The translations under genes were made by a program, and so were the position numbers. From Eledone cirrhosa (Eukaryota), in the NCBI GenBank assembly GCA_964016885.1, contig OZ024750.1, positions 9,052,001 to 9,116,000 of the forward strand: a stretch of DNA of 64,000 nt, given 5' to 3'. Positions 52,118-64,000 of this stretch are shown one piece after another. Each line of letters starts with the position of its first letter. The first letter of the stretch is position 1. The notes beneath the pieces were generated by a model. It was not told the origin of the DNA. It ran no database searches and was given only the letters and a program-made list of their open reading frames with translations.

Positions 52118-53964
52118 TGTATATATACACACACACACAACACTGTAAAGTGGTCATGTAGATGTCATGATAAAAATCACCCAATACACACTGCAAATGT
52201 GGTTGGCGTTAGGAAGGGTATCTAGCTGTAGAAACCAAACCAGAAACAGTTATGTATGAGCAAGACATAGTCATCTGACTTTGCTTGTCTCACAACGGGA
52301 CAACTCGTCTAACCCATGCTACCATGATGATGATAAACATTCTATTATTAATAGCAATTTGAAATTAATCTCATCACATTCAACCTATCAATTTCTTTTA
52401 AACTTATTTTTCACCCTATTAACCTATGTTGGACATATCTGTTATATTATATTGAACCTATCTACAGCATTTTATATAGAAAATACCATTAATAACAATA
52501 TTCAGGGATATCATTTCCTGAGATAATGGATTTAGTTGATAATTATCTGATATCAGCTGGGGCTGTTATAACCTGTTGGCATTTCGTTTAGCTAATTATC
52601 TTGTAAGAAAACTTAGACATTGTATGCATCTATTGATGTTGTGTTGTTTGTGTACGTGTGTGTACACACATAATGTTGTTGTTGTTTAGTCCCAGGCCAA
52701 GCTTGATCAAGTAAACTTATGCTCAAAATCATTTCAGCCATCACCATCCAGTTTGTCATTCAGACACCGTATCAAGTGCTACATTTATGTGAGATGGCTG
52801 CTATTTCTGGAGGGTTGAGCAACCACATAGAGGTTCTCTTGTTGACTTGACAATATAGCTGGAGTAGCAGATCTTTTATTACTAATTGCTAATATTCCAA
52901 TTCCATTAATTGCTCATGCATCATTAACCCTTCTCCCCAAATAGCAGTCTCCATTCTCCATGCCATCGATATCCCAAGAGAAAGGGAATGGCTGATATAG
53001 TTTGGCACCAGTGATGCTGCAACCCATTTCTACAGCTGAGTAAATTGGAGCAATGTGAAGTAACGTATCTTGTTCAAGGACTCAATGCATCACCTGGTTT
53101 GGGAATTGAACTCACATCCTCACAATTGCAAGTCTAATGCTCTAACCACTAAGCCTCAATAGTGATGGAAACAATTATTAACAATCACCTCCTCCTATAC
53201 AGTTCACCTTTAAGCAGGTTTAGCTCGGCTCCTTCGGTGTTGCATCTCAGAGGAGGTTTTTTTTGTGTTTTAATGATAGGAGCCGCAGTCCTACCTTGGG
53301 AAGCAACATGAAATGGAGTATTTTGCTCAAGTTAGTAATATAACTAACTTTCTTATTATTAAGCTGATGTTTGGAGCATAACTTAACAAGGGTTCTTAAC
53401 TTTGAATTATGATGGAAAGTTTTTAGGTAAATATAAACACCTTAAAATAAATAGTTTATTGTCATAGAAGCAGGGGCAGTATCAGACAAAAGGTTTTAAC
53501 TTGTTTCCTATTAGCCTAATATGAGTCTTCCAGTGGGTACAAACTTTGCATAATTTGTTGACACAAAGCTGTACTAGTTGCCTTTGTCAGACTGTAAACA
53601 TAATCCTGTCCTTGAGTTATGACAAAGGCATTTAATTTTGCCTATTAATACAGACATTAAAGACAGTCACAACTAGCAGAAATGTAACAGATTAAATTAC
53701 TAGTTGAGGGATTGACAATTCACATGATTACATTTCAAGTGCTACATTGTTTCCTTGGCCAATAATAACTTTGAAATAGCTCACTCTTCCTAGCTGTAAA
53801 TAGGCAATATATTTAAGTAAAGTTGATCACTTAGTGTAAGCAGCAGAAGCACTATATAACTGATGAGTGTTTCATTTGTTTACAGTGTTAATTTGAAATC
53901 TACCATCGATGTAATTAAAAAAAACTGACATCTTGTTTAGCACCAAACCAGCTCTGATCAAGCA

Positions 53965-54185
53965 GACCTCCTTCTTCATCCATTTATTCCTGAGAGGGTC
54001 GTGGGAGCAGAGTCCCCAGGCACTCCTTCCAGCGGGTCCTGTTAGAAGCAACCATCTCCAACTGGCCCAGCTGGATCCCCAAGCGAGACCAGCCAAGCTC
54101 ATGGATGGTAGTCAAGCATCGTGCTCGAGGTATACCCCTGGGTTTCCTGCTGGTTGGTTTCATATTCAGGGTTACATTATCCAAA
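53965..54185 (-). mobile_element. 3' fragment of a second RTE-like LINE family
   Basis: Translates RKPRGIPRARCLTTIHELGWSRLG...RTRWKECL. Related fragments at 4590-4780, 11290-11460, 31400-31490 and 61000-61140. Confidence 0.6.
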
Positions 54186-54450
54186 AGGTTATTTTTTTTT
54201 TTAAAGGCTATAGGATGTAATCTTATAAAGATTTGGTTGCTATTTTTACCAGCTCAAGCAATCACATGTATGCTTCTTTCATTGACTTACCAAAATGTAA
54301 ATATCTCCTTAACATCATGAGCCAAGCTTCACTTTGTTGACATGGAGATGAGAAATAAACCACTCTTGGGATATGTTGCCAGTCCCTCACTCTATGAAAT
54401 GAGGTTTTAACCCTTTAGCATTTACATTATTTTATATTTACTATTGTATA

Positions 54451-54640
54451 AGGGCGGTGAATTGGCAGTATCGGTAGAGGGTCGGACACCATGCTTTCCA
54501 GCATAGTTACGTCCTTTTACGGTCTGAGTTCAAATCCCGCCGAGGTTAACTTTACATTTCATCCTTACGGGGTCGATAAAATAAAGTACCAGTAATGTAC
54601 TGGGTAATTGCTGGCCTTGTATCAAATGTAGAAGCAATTA
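54451..54640 (+). mobile_element. tRNA-derived SINE (representative copy of the dominant family)
   Basis: A-box-like tggcagtatcgg, B-box gagttcaaatcc, core gcctttcatccttacggggtcgataaaataaagtaccag (resembles the MetaSINE central domain). TSD-like tatatttactattgtat on both sides. Other copies near 6285, 14604, 21730, 22600(-), 22800(-), 26960(-), 30925, 31140, 38380, 38760(-), 40213, 40435(-), 47490, 51760(-), 61640. Confidence 0.85.
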
Positions 54641-57174
54641 TTTTATATTTTACTATTGTATTTTTGTGGTAAAGGCTTTTTCTTACATAACTACCTCACA
54701 ATATCGCTGCTTTGAACGGGGGAGAGAATTATGGCCAGTTTAAATGCTAAAGGGTTAAGTGTTAAATACAATGTTCAACTACACAAGTACTTCCATTTAC
54801 ACAGCAGGAAGAAATCTTTAGTGGTACTAAGAGCACAGTAAGTTATAGACTTACCAGTAGATACTAAGCTTGTTCAGGAATTTCATACAACATGCATTCT
54901 TTTCATTCCTACATTCAGGCTTTATTTAAAATTTTAATATTTTCTCTTTTTTATTTTTTTCCTTCTTTTTATTTTCCATCTCCCCCCCCCCCTCTCTCCA
55001 CACTGCCATTCATTATCTCTCTCTCTCTCTCTACACACACACACTGCCATTCATCATTTCTCTTTCTCTCCCTTCTGTCACTCTTATTCTCTTTCATTCC
55101 ACTCTACCACTCTCTCTCCCCCCACACTCCCACACTCTCCCACTCTCCACACTCTCTCCACTCTCTCTCCACTCTACCACTCTCGCTCCCTCCACACTCT
55201 CCCTCTCTCTCCACTCTACCACTCTCTCTCTCTCTAGTATTTTGGATCTAAATAGAGAATTCTTTCCACAGAAATCCATTATAATAGTTTGCTGAGCTAA
55301 ATCAGTAGATCAGCTTTTCAGGTGAGAAAACTAGTTCAAAACCTGAAATTTAAAAAGCGATGTCAATTATATTTTCCAGTTGATATAGAACACATCTTTT
55401 TTTAAATGTCAGGATATCTTTAGCACAGTGGAATGTGTGGGGGATAATATAAACTGATTAGATATTGATCTGTTACATAGGCAATGCCATCCGAACTTCA
55501 ATTTTTAATTAAAACCAGGTCACATTCACTTTGCCTAGGATTTCATATCACACCACAGCACCTGTCACAAACTGATTTAATATTGATTATTTTTATAACC
55601 ATGTTTATTGTTCATGCTGGCATGGGTTGGACAAGACTTAAGTTTTTTTTTTTCTGTGGTAAGATGCCCTTCCTGTCACCAACCCACAGTATGCCATATG
55701 CTGCTTATAGTCTTAGAATGGGTTAGCTATAGGATGGGTTTATGCAAGATGTAAACAAGCATTACCAATTGTGTTGAATGGCATCGGTATATAGGTGCAC
55801 AGAGGCACACATGCATACTCATATATGACCAGCTTTCTCAGTTTTTGTCTATCAAATCCACTCAAAAGGTTCTTTTTTAACCATAGGTGTAATCTCTCGG
55901 GATGTCTTTATATAAGATGTAAACAAACATTACCAGTTGCTTTGAAAGGCATCAGTGTGAAGGTACACAGAGGCACGCACACACTCATACACTCATACAT
56001 GACCAGCTTTCTCATGGTTTTTATCAAATTCACTCGCAAGATTCTATTTTGGGTTGTTGTTTTTTTTAAACTATAGTGCAATCTCTCAGAAGGAGTAAAG
56101 CTTCTGTATTATTTGTAATTTTTCACAATGTTATAGCAACAAGTGAAATAGCTAAAACTAGGAACTGAAATAAATTCATGTATTGAATTTATGAAGATAA
56201 TGGTGTTTATTGCAGACTGATTAAAATTGTTCTAATTTTAGTTTAGTAAACTGTTTAGGTTAAACTAAGATGTCAGTGAATAATACCAGAAACTCAACAG
56301 CTAGAAGACCATAATTACTTCATACACCACTTCAATTACTTGTTGTGCAGTGAAGCAAGCAATGTTCGTGATATTTCTTAACAAACTCTGTATCTATGGC
56401 TATGCTATGGAGATAGAAATAATCTCTTGGAATTGTGTTTAATTAAAGATGATAGCTATCTAGAATAATAACTATCTTCATTGTTTTAATGACCATATTC
56501 TACAGTAGGGTCTCACATGATATATCATCATTATTATCATCATCATCTAGATCTGCTTTCTCCATGCAGACATGGGTTGTTATGGCCCGTGTCAGTTCTT
56601 ATTCTGAATTTCTGCCCTCTTAAATGGCTCAAAGAAGCACATCTCTCCTGATCAACTTAGATTAATAAACAAAATATCAACATTGGGGTTGCCTAAAAAA
56701 AAAAAATAAGGGAGATAACTCCAATAAAATTGATTGACATTTTGAACAACATAGACCAAAGGTTCTCAACGGGGGGGGGGGGGCATATGCATCTGGGGAG
56801 GCACTGGAAGGCTCTTTACTTTGGTAAGTTTTATAAGCCATATTTATATGTCTTTGAGACAGCCAGGGTGAATGCATTTGAATGAGCATGCAGACAGCAT
56901 AACTATGGCCTGACCACAGATGTGCAGGCATGTCTAAACACTAACCGGCAATTGAGATCCTAAAAATGGAAAAACCCACAGTCAACTGGGTCAAGGACGC
57001 TTTGAGCGCAGCTAGTTAGAATCTTATCTTTCTTTCACCGATAACAATGTATTCATGTCTGAAATTATTGACTCAACAGTAACGAGTTAACACTATGTAG
57101 ATCTATTTTATTCCCTATTGTTTATATAATATTACAAATAAAAAAAAGAAAAGAAAAACACAGAAGTGGGTAGC

Positions 57175-57400
57175 ACACACATCTAGGACCACATACAACA
57201 CATAATCAGATAATACACACATCTAGGACCACACACAACACATAATCAGGTAATACATACATCTAGGACCACATACAACACATAATCAGGTAATACATCT
57301 AGGACCACATACAACACATAAGGAGGTAATACATACATCTAGGACCACATACAACACACAGGCAGGTAATACATACATCTAGGACCACATACAACACACA
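57175..57400. repeat. About 40-bp tandem repeat, about 6 copies, inside the hAT relic
   Basis: atctaggacc at 57181, 57221, 57261, 57297, 57337 and 57377. Confidence 0.9.
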
Positions 57401-58390
57401 TTGTATCATGTGCTATGGACGATGCAAGAGCAATGGTCGGCCAACATAAGGGTTTCGTCACTCTTCTGAAGAAAGAAAATCTATCTGTATTTGCTGTTCA
57501 TTGTGTCATTCATCGACAACACTTGGCTGCGAAGAAACTCAGCAAGCCGCTGAGCAAGTCCTTGCAGGTGGCTATTGATGTCATCAATTTTATCAAACGG
57601 CATTCCCTCAATGAACGAATTTTCCGGCAACTGTGCCAAGATAATGACAAAGAATTCGTCAAGTTGCTCCTTCATACTGAAGTGAGGTGGCTTTCAAAGA
57701 GCAAGTGCCTTACTCACTTCTTTGAACTCTTCGACTCTATCATTGAGTTTCTGCGAGGACGCAACACAGAACTGTACAAGAAAACCCTCGATGTGAGGCA
57801 AGACTGTGCCTACCTCACCGACATCTTTGACAAATGCAATAGCGTCATTTTGGCTTTGCAGGGGAAGAAGATCACCTTGCTTAAAGCAAGGAATGCTGTG
57901 AAAACATTCTTGGCCAAATTGAATGTCATCGAAAGGAATCTTTGTTGACGGGAATTCTATAATTTTCCTAGTGTCGCCAATGTTCAAAACATTGTAAGCG
58001 ATGACCAACTCCAAATTTATACCACTCAAGACAACATGAGAGAATGGTTTGTCGACCTTTTGCAGATGGACATCCCAATGTGGATAGCAGATCCCTTCAT
58101 AGCTAACGTCGATGGTTTGGACGATAAATTTCAGGAAGAATTCATTGAACTTCAAGCGATTTGCACACCTACATTCAGAGGCTAAGAGATTTGCTCTGCC
58201 TTTTCCAAGCTCATACTTAGTCGAGAGGAGGTTTGGTGCTGTTTCCAGACTACACATGAAGGCTCACAACCGCTACAATGTAATTACACGTGTGGAGATC
58301 TTTGGCTACATCTTACGAAAATTCAGCCTGACGTTAAAGAGTTAGCTAGACTCCATGAAATGAGGTCAAAGTTAAAGTCAGTTGATTTAT
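57400..58390 (+). pseudogene. Degenerate hAT/Buster transposase (ZBED5/SCAND3-like catalytic region)
   Basis: Motifs D.ARAMVG.HKG, HCVIHRQHLAAK, LLLHTEVRWLS, AYLTDIF, LPFPSSYLVER.F. In-frame stop at 57946-57948, later frameshifts, N-terminus missing. Confidence 0.88.
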
Positions 58391-59843
58391 CCGAAAACTT
58401 GGATATGCTATTGTTACAAAGCAAACTAACAATTTTTTATTTGTAGTTGCAGTCTGACTGGACTGGAAACCATCTACTACAATTCATTTACTCATTTGTT
58501 GTATATATTTTACCATTTAATAATGAATATACCCTCCCGAGTGGTCATGAAAACCGTCTTCTGTGGTCTCTAAGCTCACAAAGCAGAGGGGACATCAAGT
58601 TAGATATCAACATTTATTCTGTCCGTTTCATTAAAGGAAAAATTGGAAAGCTTTGAAATGATATAATTGCCACTTTCTTTCAGATATGACCACTCTTGGG
58701 ATAGACAGAGTTGCTCTTGTATAAATGTTCAAAATAGCTGGTAATGCCTGGTGGGAATATGACAAATTCAACTGGCCCTTATTCATAAAAAAGAACATTT
58801 ATATTTCTTTTTTTGAAATTTATATATTTCCTTTCAAGGAATGTATTTATACTCTCAGCTGCTTGCAATGGTATTTTTGGAATATTGTTAATCAATTTTT
58901 TAGTACTCTACTGATATCAAAATCAGTAGTATATTGAAAAATGGAAAAATAGGGTAGGGGGGCGTTTCGTGATTTCGAGGGACAAAAGGGGGTGTTTGGC
59001 CTAAATGGATTGAGAACCTGTGACATAGACAATTGCCATGTATCTGATGTGATCTTTAAAATCACCTGGTAAAAATAAGACATATTTTCACACTTGGATC
59101 TTATCAACAAAATATATCCTACTCAGATCATCAGACTGTGTCGTACACACACACACACACATATATACAAAAGAGATTAATGGAGTATATCCGATTATGA
59201 ATATGAACAATGATAGTTTGTTTTAACTTTGACAAGTTCCACTTTCCTTTTGTTTTGGTGGTGTTGGTGTGGATTTTTGGTAAATGTTTAAAAATTCCCC
59301 CCTGTCTGATGTGGGCCAAGCTCTAATGCACTGTAGTTATTGTCAGCCTGGTGTAACATTGTTGTTACTATTGAAAGTATTGGAAGTATTGCTTGAAGGT
59401 CCTCCAGAGATTTAGCATATTATTAAACACGTGGCATATATCACCATTCTTAATAGCATTAATCTCTTTGATGGAACACACAAAAGCTGACAGTGATGTC
59501 TTCCAGACTCTCTCACATAAATCAATAAAGATAGCATCTTTAATAATTTTTGTCTGGATTATAAATATTGTGGTCAGATAAACCAGAGAAGTGATGGTAG
59601 TGGTCGGTGTTAAAATTGATAGGAAATTGAAAGCAAGGCAAGAAGAGGAGAAGAAATTAGAAAGAAAGGGATGTGATTAAATTGCAATATGGCTGGTGTA
59701 GACAGGATTGGAATTGATAACTTGAGTTATGTCTTTAGAGTGTGCCTAATCAAAGTAACCGATAGAGATAGTCAGTTAAATATAGTTATATAGTTTTTTT
59801 TTCAGGAACACAATTTTCATTTATAGAAAATGTTGAAGGATTC

Positions 59844-59897
<54 letters not shown>

Positions 59898-62058
59898 TGT
59901 GTGTGTGTGTACATAAAAGCAAAAAACACTCAGCTTACCCTGTAAAGTGGTTTTGTTGGTGACATGAAAAACAGCACCCAGTCCGCTGTATAAGGTGGTC
60001 ATGCTGGTGCCACAATAAAATACACTCAGACTGCCAAATATAAAACATATTAGCAAGACACGGTTCTCTTACCAGTCTAATCTTAGACCTTGGTGACCTG
60101 TCCAACCCATGCCCTGCCTAGAAAGCAGACTGCCAAATATAAAACATATTAGCAAGTCCAGTCTAGTCTTAGACCTTAGTGACCTGCCTCGCATAGAAAG
60201 CAGACATAAAATGATGTTTATGGTATATTTATTTTGAAACCCTGGCATTATGTATAACACTGAAGATGATAGCAGTCTAATTCTGCGTCAGTGTATTCAG
60301 TTTTATTGTTGCCATGGATACTGGAAAAAAAAGCACTTGCAATGTTTTTCTCTTTTTATTTTTTCAAACTGTTCCTTCTTTATACTAGATGTGCTAGGCA
60401 ACTTTTAGGTGGGGCTTCTAAAGAATTATTACCACAGATAAAAGAATGCATAGGATGGTTATCTTTATTATTCCTGTATGTAAGTCAGCGCTTGTTTATT
60501 GAGTTCTTGTTTCACCTTAGTCAGAAAAGCATATATTACACATTTAACAATCCAGTTTGAAGTCATAGAAAAAACTATGTCTATATTTATCCCTAGCATG
60601 GATATTTTGCAAAATATGAGATTTATCATGAACCAAAGGATTATTACCAAGTCTACTACAACTGGATGGTTTCTCACATATGCATGAAGTATGTTTTGAA
60701 GGAGTGGGAGTAGGTCTTCTGATTATCTGGAGATGTAATATAGAATATCTGAGAGAGTTATATAACTTTATCTTTTGAAGAATGAGAATAGATCTCTGAG
60801 ATTAGGGGTGGGGCACACATGGAAGGTGTAACATTTTTGGAGATAAAGATAGATAGATAATGGTTTCTGATTTCACTTCATGAATTTGCGTGATATCCTT
60901 GAAACCTGAATGAACGCTCTGCTAAAGTAAGTAGACTTGAAGAGGGTATCAAACTTGGATGAATGTGAGCAATATTGAAATAAGTGTAGTAAGAGATCCA
61001 GGGGTCGACCCCGAGCAAGATGGTTGGATAACATCCATCCAGCGGGATCAGTTGGAGACGGTTGTTTCTGACAGAACTTGCTGGAAGGAGTGTTTGAGGA
61101 CTCTGCCCCCCATGACCCTCTCAGGAATAAGTGGGTGAAGGAGAATTTCTATTTGTTATATTTGTAACTTAACTTAGTAATATAAAAAGCTGTCTTCATT
61201 ATACAAATCAATATTATTTTATGGCCAAGGTTATTTGAATAATAATATGTCCTACACAAATAGGGATAGTCATAGCTATAAAATCAACTCTAAAACATGT
61301 AAAGATATTGTTGATATATTTAATGTAGTGAGTATTATTGATAATGAAATCTGAATGATTTATTGATGACCTCAGCAAATTGGTTTTATTTTTTTCAGGA
61401 TCACTATTATGTGTGTTTGTGTGTACATCACTTCTAAATACATGGTTATCTGGGGTTATCTGACGTTTAACAGTTAAAACTACATCCCGAAGACTAGCCA
61501 TTCTCTTCAAGCTTAGAAAATAACTTGACTCCTGATCATTTGCTGATCTCTGTAAAGCTCAAGTAAACTCTCACATTGGGGTTCTGTTCTTATATCTGAG
61601 ATGTTCCTGCAAACACCACCACCACCACCATTACTCTCTCTACTCTGAGTTCAAATCCTGCCACAGTAAATTATGCCTTTCATTGTTTTGGGGTATATAA
61701 AGTACCAGTCTTGGGTGGTGAATTATTGGGATATTTAAAGCAATGGACTGAATTCCTTGTGCTATCTGTTCTGTCTTTTGTGTTCTAAGTTCAAATCCTC
61801 TTTCTTGTTCTTGTAAATAAAAAAAAATAGTATCGGGGGTTTTGTCATCAAAATACCCAAGAAAACGTGTATGAGATGCAACCTCATTAGAGGACATCAA
61901 AACCTGCACAGGACTGAGCCGTAATATCCAGCTGATTGGCAATCAATTCACTACAAATTGTTGCCCACGGGTACACTATTCCCAATCTCCTCCCTTACTT
62001 TTTGGCTCATTAGAGCTAGTTCCGTAATAATTTCATCCAGAATTGCTCCATAGAAATG

Positions 62059-63690
62059 CCTCTTCCCTTGTCACCTACTGTCTCTCCCTGGGCCTTGCAC
62101 TCACCATTATACCTAAACTTACTTATCTACCTCTTCCCTTGTCACATACTGTCTCTCCCTGGGCCTTGCACTCACCATTATACCTAAACTTACTTATCTA
62201 CCTCTTCCCTTGTCACCTACTGTCTCTCCCTGGGCCTTGCACTCACCATTATACCTAAACTTACTTATCTACCTCTTCCCTTGTCACATACTATCTCTCC
62301 CTGGGCCTTGCACTCACCATTATACCTAAACTTACTTATCTACCTCTTCCCTTGTCACATACTGTCTCTCCCTGGGCCTTGCACTCACCATTATACCTAA
62401 ACTTACTTATCTACCTCTTCCCTTGTCACATACTATCTCTCCCTGGGCCTTGCACTCACCATTATACCTAAACTTACTTATCTACCTCTTCCCTTGTCAC
62501 CTACTGTCTCTCCCTGGGCCTTGCACTCACCATTATACCTAAACTTACTTATCTACCTCTTCCCTTGTCACATACTATCTCTCCCTGGGCCGTGCACTCA
62601 CCATTATACCTAAACTTACTTATCTACCTCTTCCCTTGTCACATACTATCTCTCCCTGGGCCTTGCACTCACCATTATACCTAAACTTACTTATCTACCT
62701 CTTCCCTTGTCACCTACTGTCTCTCCCTGGGCCTTGCACTCACCATTATACCTAAACTTACTTATCTACCTCTTCCCTTGTCACATACTATCTCTCCCTG
62801 GGCCTTGCACTCACCATTATACCTAAACTTACTTATCTACCTCTTCCCTTGTCACATACTGTCTCTCCCTGGGCCTTGCACTCACCATTATACCTAAACT
62901 TACTTATCTACCTCTTCCCTTGTCACATACTGTCTCTCCCTGGGCCTTGCACTCACCATTATACCTAAACTTACTTATCTACCTCTTCCCTTGTCACATA
63001 CTATCTCTCCCTGGGCCTTGCACTCACCATTATACCTAAACTTACTTATCTACCTCTTCCCTTGTCACATACTATCTCTCCCTGGGCCTTGCACTCACCA
63101 TTATACCTAAACTTACTTATCTACCTCTTCCCTTGTCACATACTATCTCTCCCTGGGCCGTGCACTCACCATTATACCTAAACTTACTTATCTACCTCTT
63201 CCCTTGTCACATACTATCTCTCCCTGGGCCGTGCACTCACCATTATACCTAAACTTACTTATCTACCTCTTCCCTTGTCACATACTATCTCTCCCTGGGC
63301 CTTGCACTCACCATTATACCTAAACTTACTTATCTACCTCTTCCCTTGTCACATACTATCTCTCCCTGGGCCGTGCACTCACCATTATACCTAAACTTAC
63401 TTATCTACCTCTTCCCTTGTCACATACTATCTCTCCCTGGGCCTTGCACTCACCATTATACCTAAACTTACTTATCTACCTCTTCCCTTGTCACATACTA
63501 TCTCTCCCTGGGCCTTGCACTCACCATTATACCTAAACTTACTTATCTACCTCTTCCCTTGTCACCTACTATCTCTCCCTGGGCCGTGCACTCACCATTA
63601 TACCTAAACTTACTTATCTACCTCTTCCCTTGTCACATACTATCTCTCCCTGGGCCTTGCACTCACCATTATACCTAAACTTACTTATCC
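62059..63690. repeat. 71-bp minisatellite, about 23 near-identical copies
   Basis: tcaccattat recurs at 62101, 62172, 62243 and so on. Variants occur at only about 3 positions. Confidence 0.95.
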
Positions 63691-64000
63691 ACCTCCCTAT
63701 CCATGTTCATCAGATGTTATCTCACACATGTTCAAACTGAACATCAATTATATTGATTTCCCCAGTGTGTGTTTGCATATGTCACAGATACAGTCTGCAG
63801 ACAAAGTTCTAAAACACAAAAACAATATCAACTGGAAGAAAACTGTTATGAAAATGTATCTCATCTTTATGAGAATAAAAGCAGGTGTTAAAATAGAAAC
63901 TATGGATGTTTATATAAAAAAAACCCATTAACTTTTAATATGATACAATACTGCTCTCATTTTAAAGTATTAATATTTAAATTTTATCTTCCATCATAAT

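Larger units (their letters stand above)
56757..59022 (+). mobile_element. hAT (Buster/Charlie-type) DNA transposon relic with TIRs and 8-bp TSD
   Basis: Left TIR caaaggttctcaac (56757) and right TIR attgagaacctgtg (to 59022). Identical flanks ACATAGAC at 56749-56756 and 59023-59030 (nnnTAnnn). Confidence 0.88.

Noticed and set aside
54451-54545. tRNA genes at the A/B-box motifs
   Set aside because: These are SINE heads with a long insert between the boxes, followed by the SINE core; no cloverleaf.
62059-63690. CRISPR or tRNA array (71-bp period)
   Set aside because: Whole units are identical with no spacer diversity; no cloverleaf or A/B boxes were seen.

Overview
AT-rich, microsatellite- and SINE-dense animal genomic DNA; the repeat repertoire suggests an octopus or other coleoid cephalopod (inference). 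Genes: (1) FKRP, a single coding exon on +, 1100-2614. (2) An axonemal dynein intermediate chain gene (DNAI1/IC78-like) on -, reconstructed by hand as 20 GT-AG exons, 44449-6497, about 698 aa, plus a candidate 72-nt cassette exon and RFX X-box-like sites upstream. (3) The first coding exon of a divergent head-to-head gene on +, 45636-45710. Mobile DNA: a 5'-truncated but uninterrupted RTE LINE (APE-RT-PHD), a complete-ended Buster-type hAT relic with an 8-bp TSD, many tRNA-derived SINEs, piggyBac/mariner/pogo/hAT-like MITEs and several minisatellites. The most striking hidden signal is about 17 minimal type-I hammerhead ribozyme motifs (CUGAnGA-stemII-GAAA-palindrome-NUH), from at least 7 sequence families. 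Many sit in short inverted repeats inserted at (TA)n tracts, which is the architecture of Penelope-like element pseudo-LTR relics. Several unrelated families share an ACTC-N(10-16)-GAGT-RCTCT tail motif. All coordinates were read by eye and may be off by a few bases.
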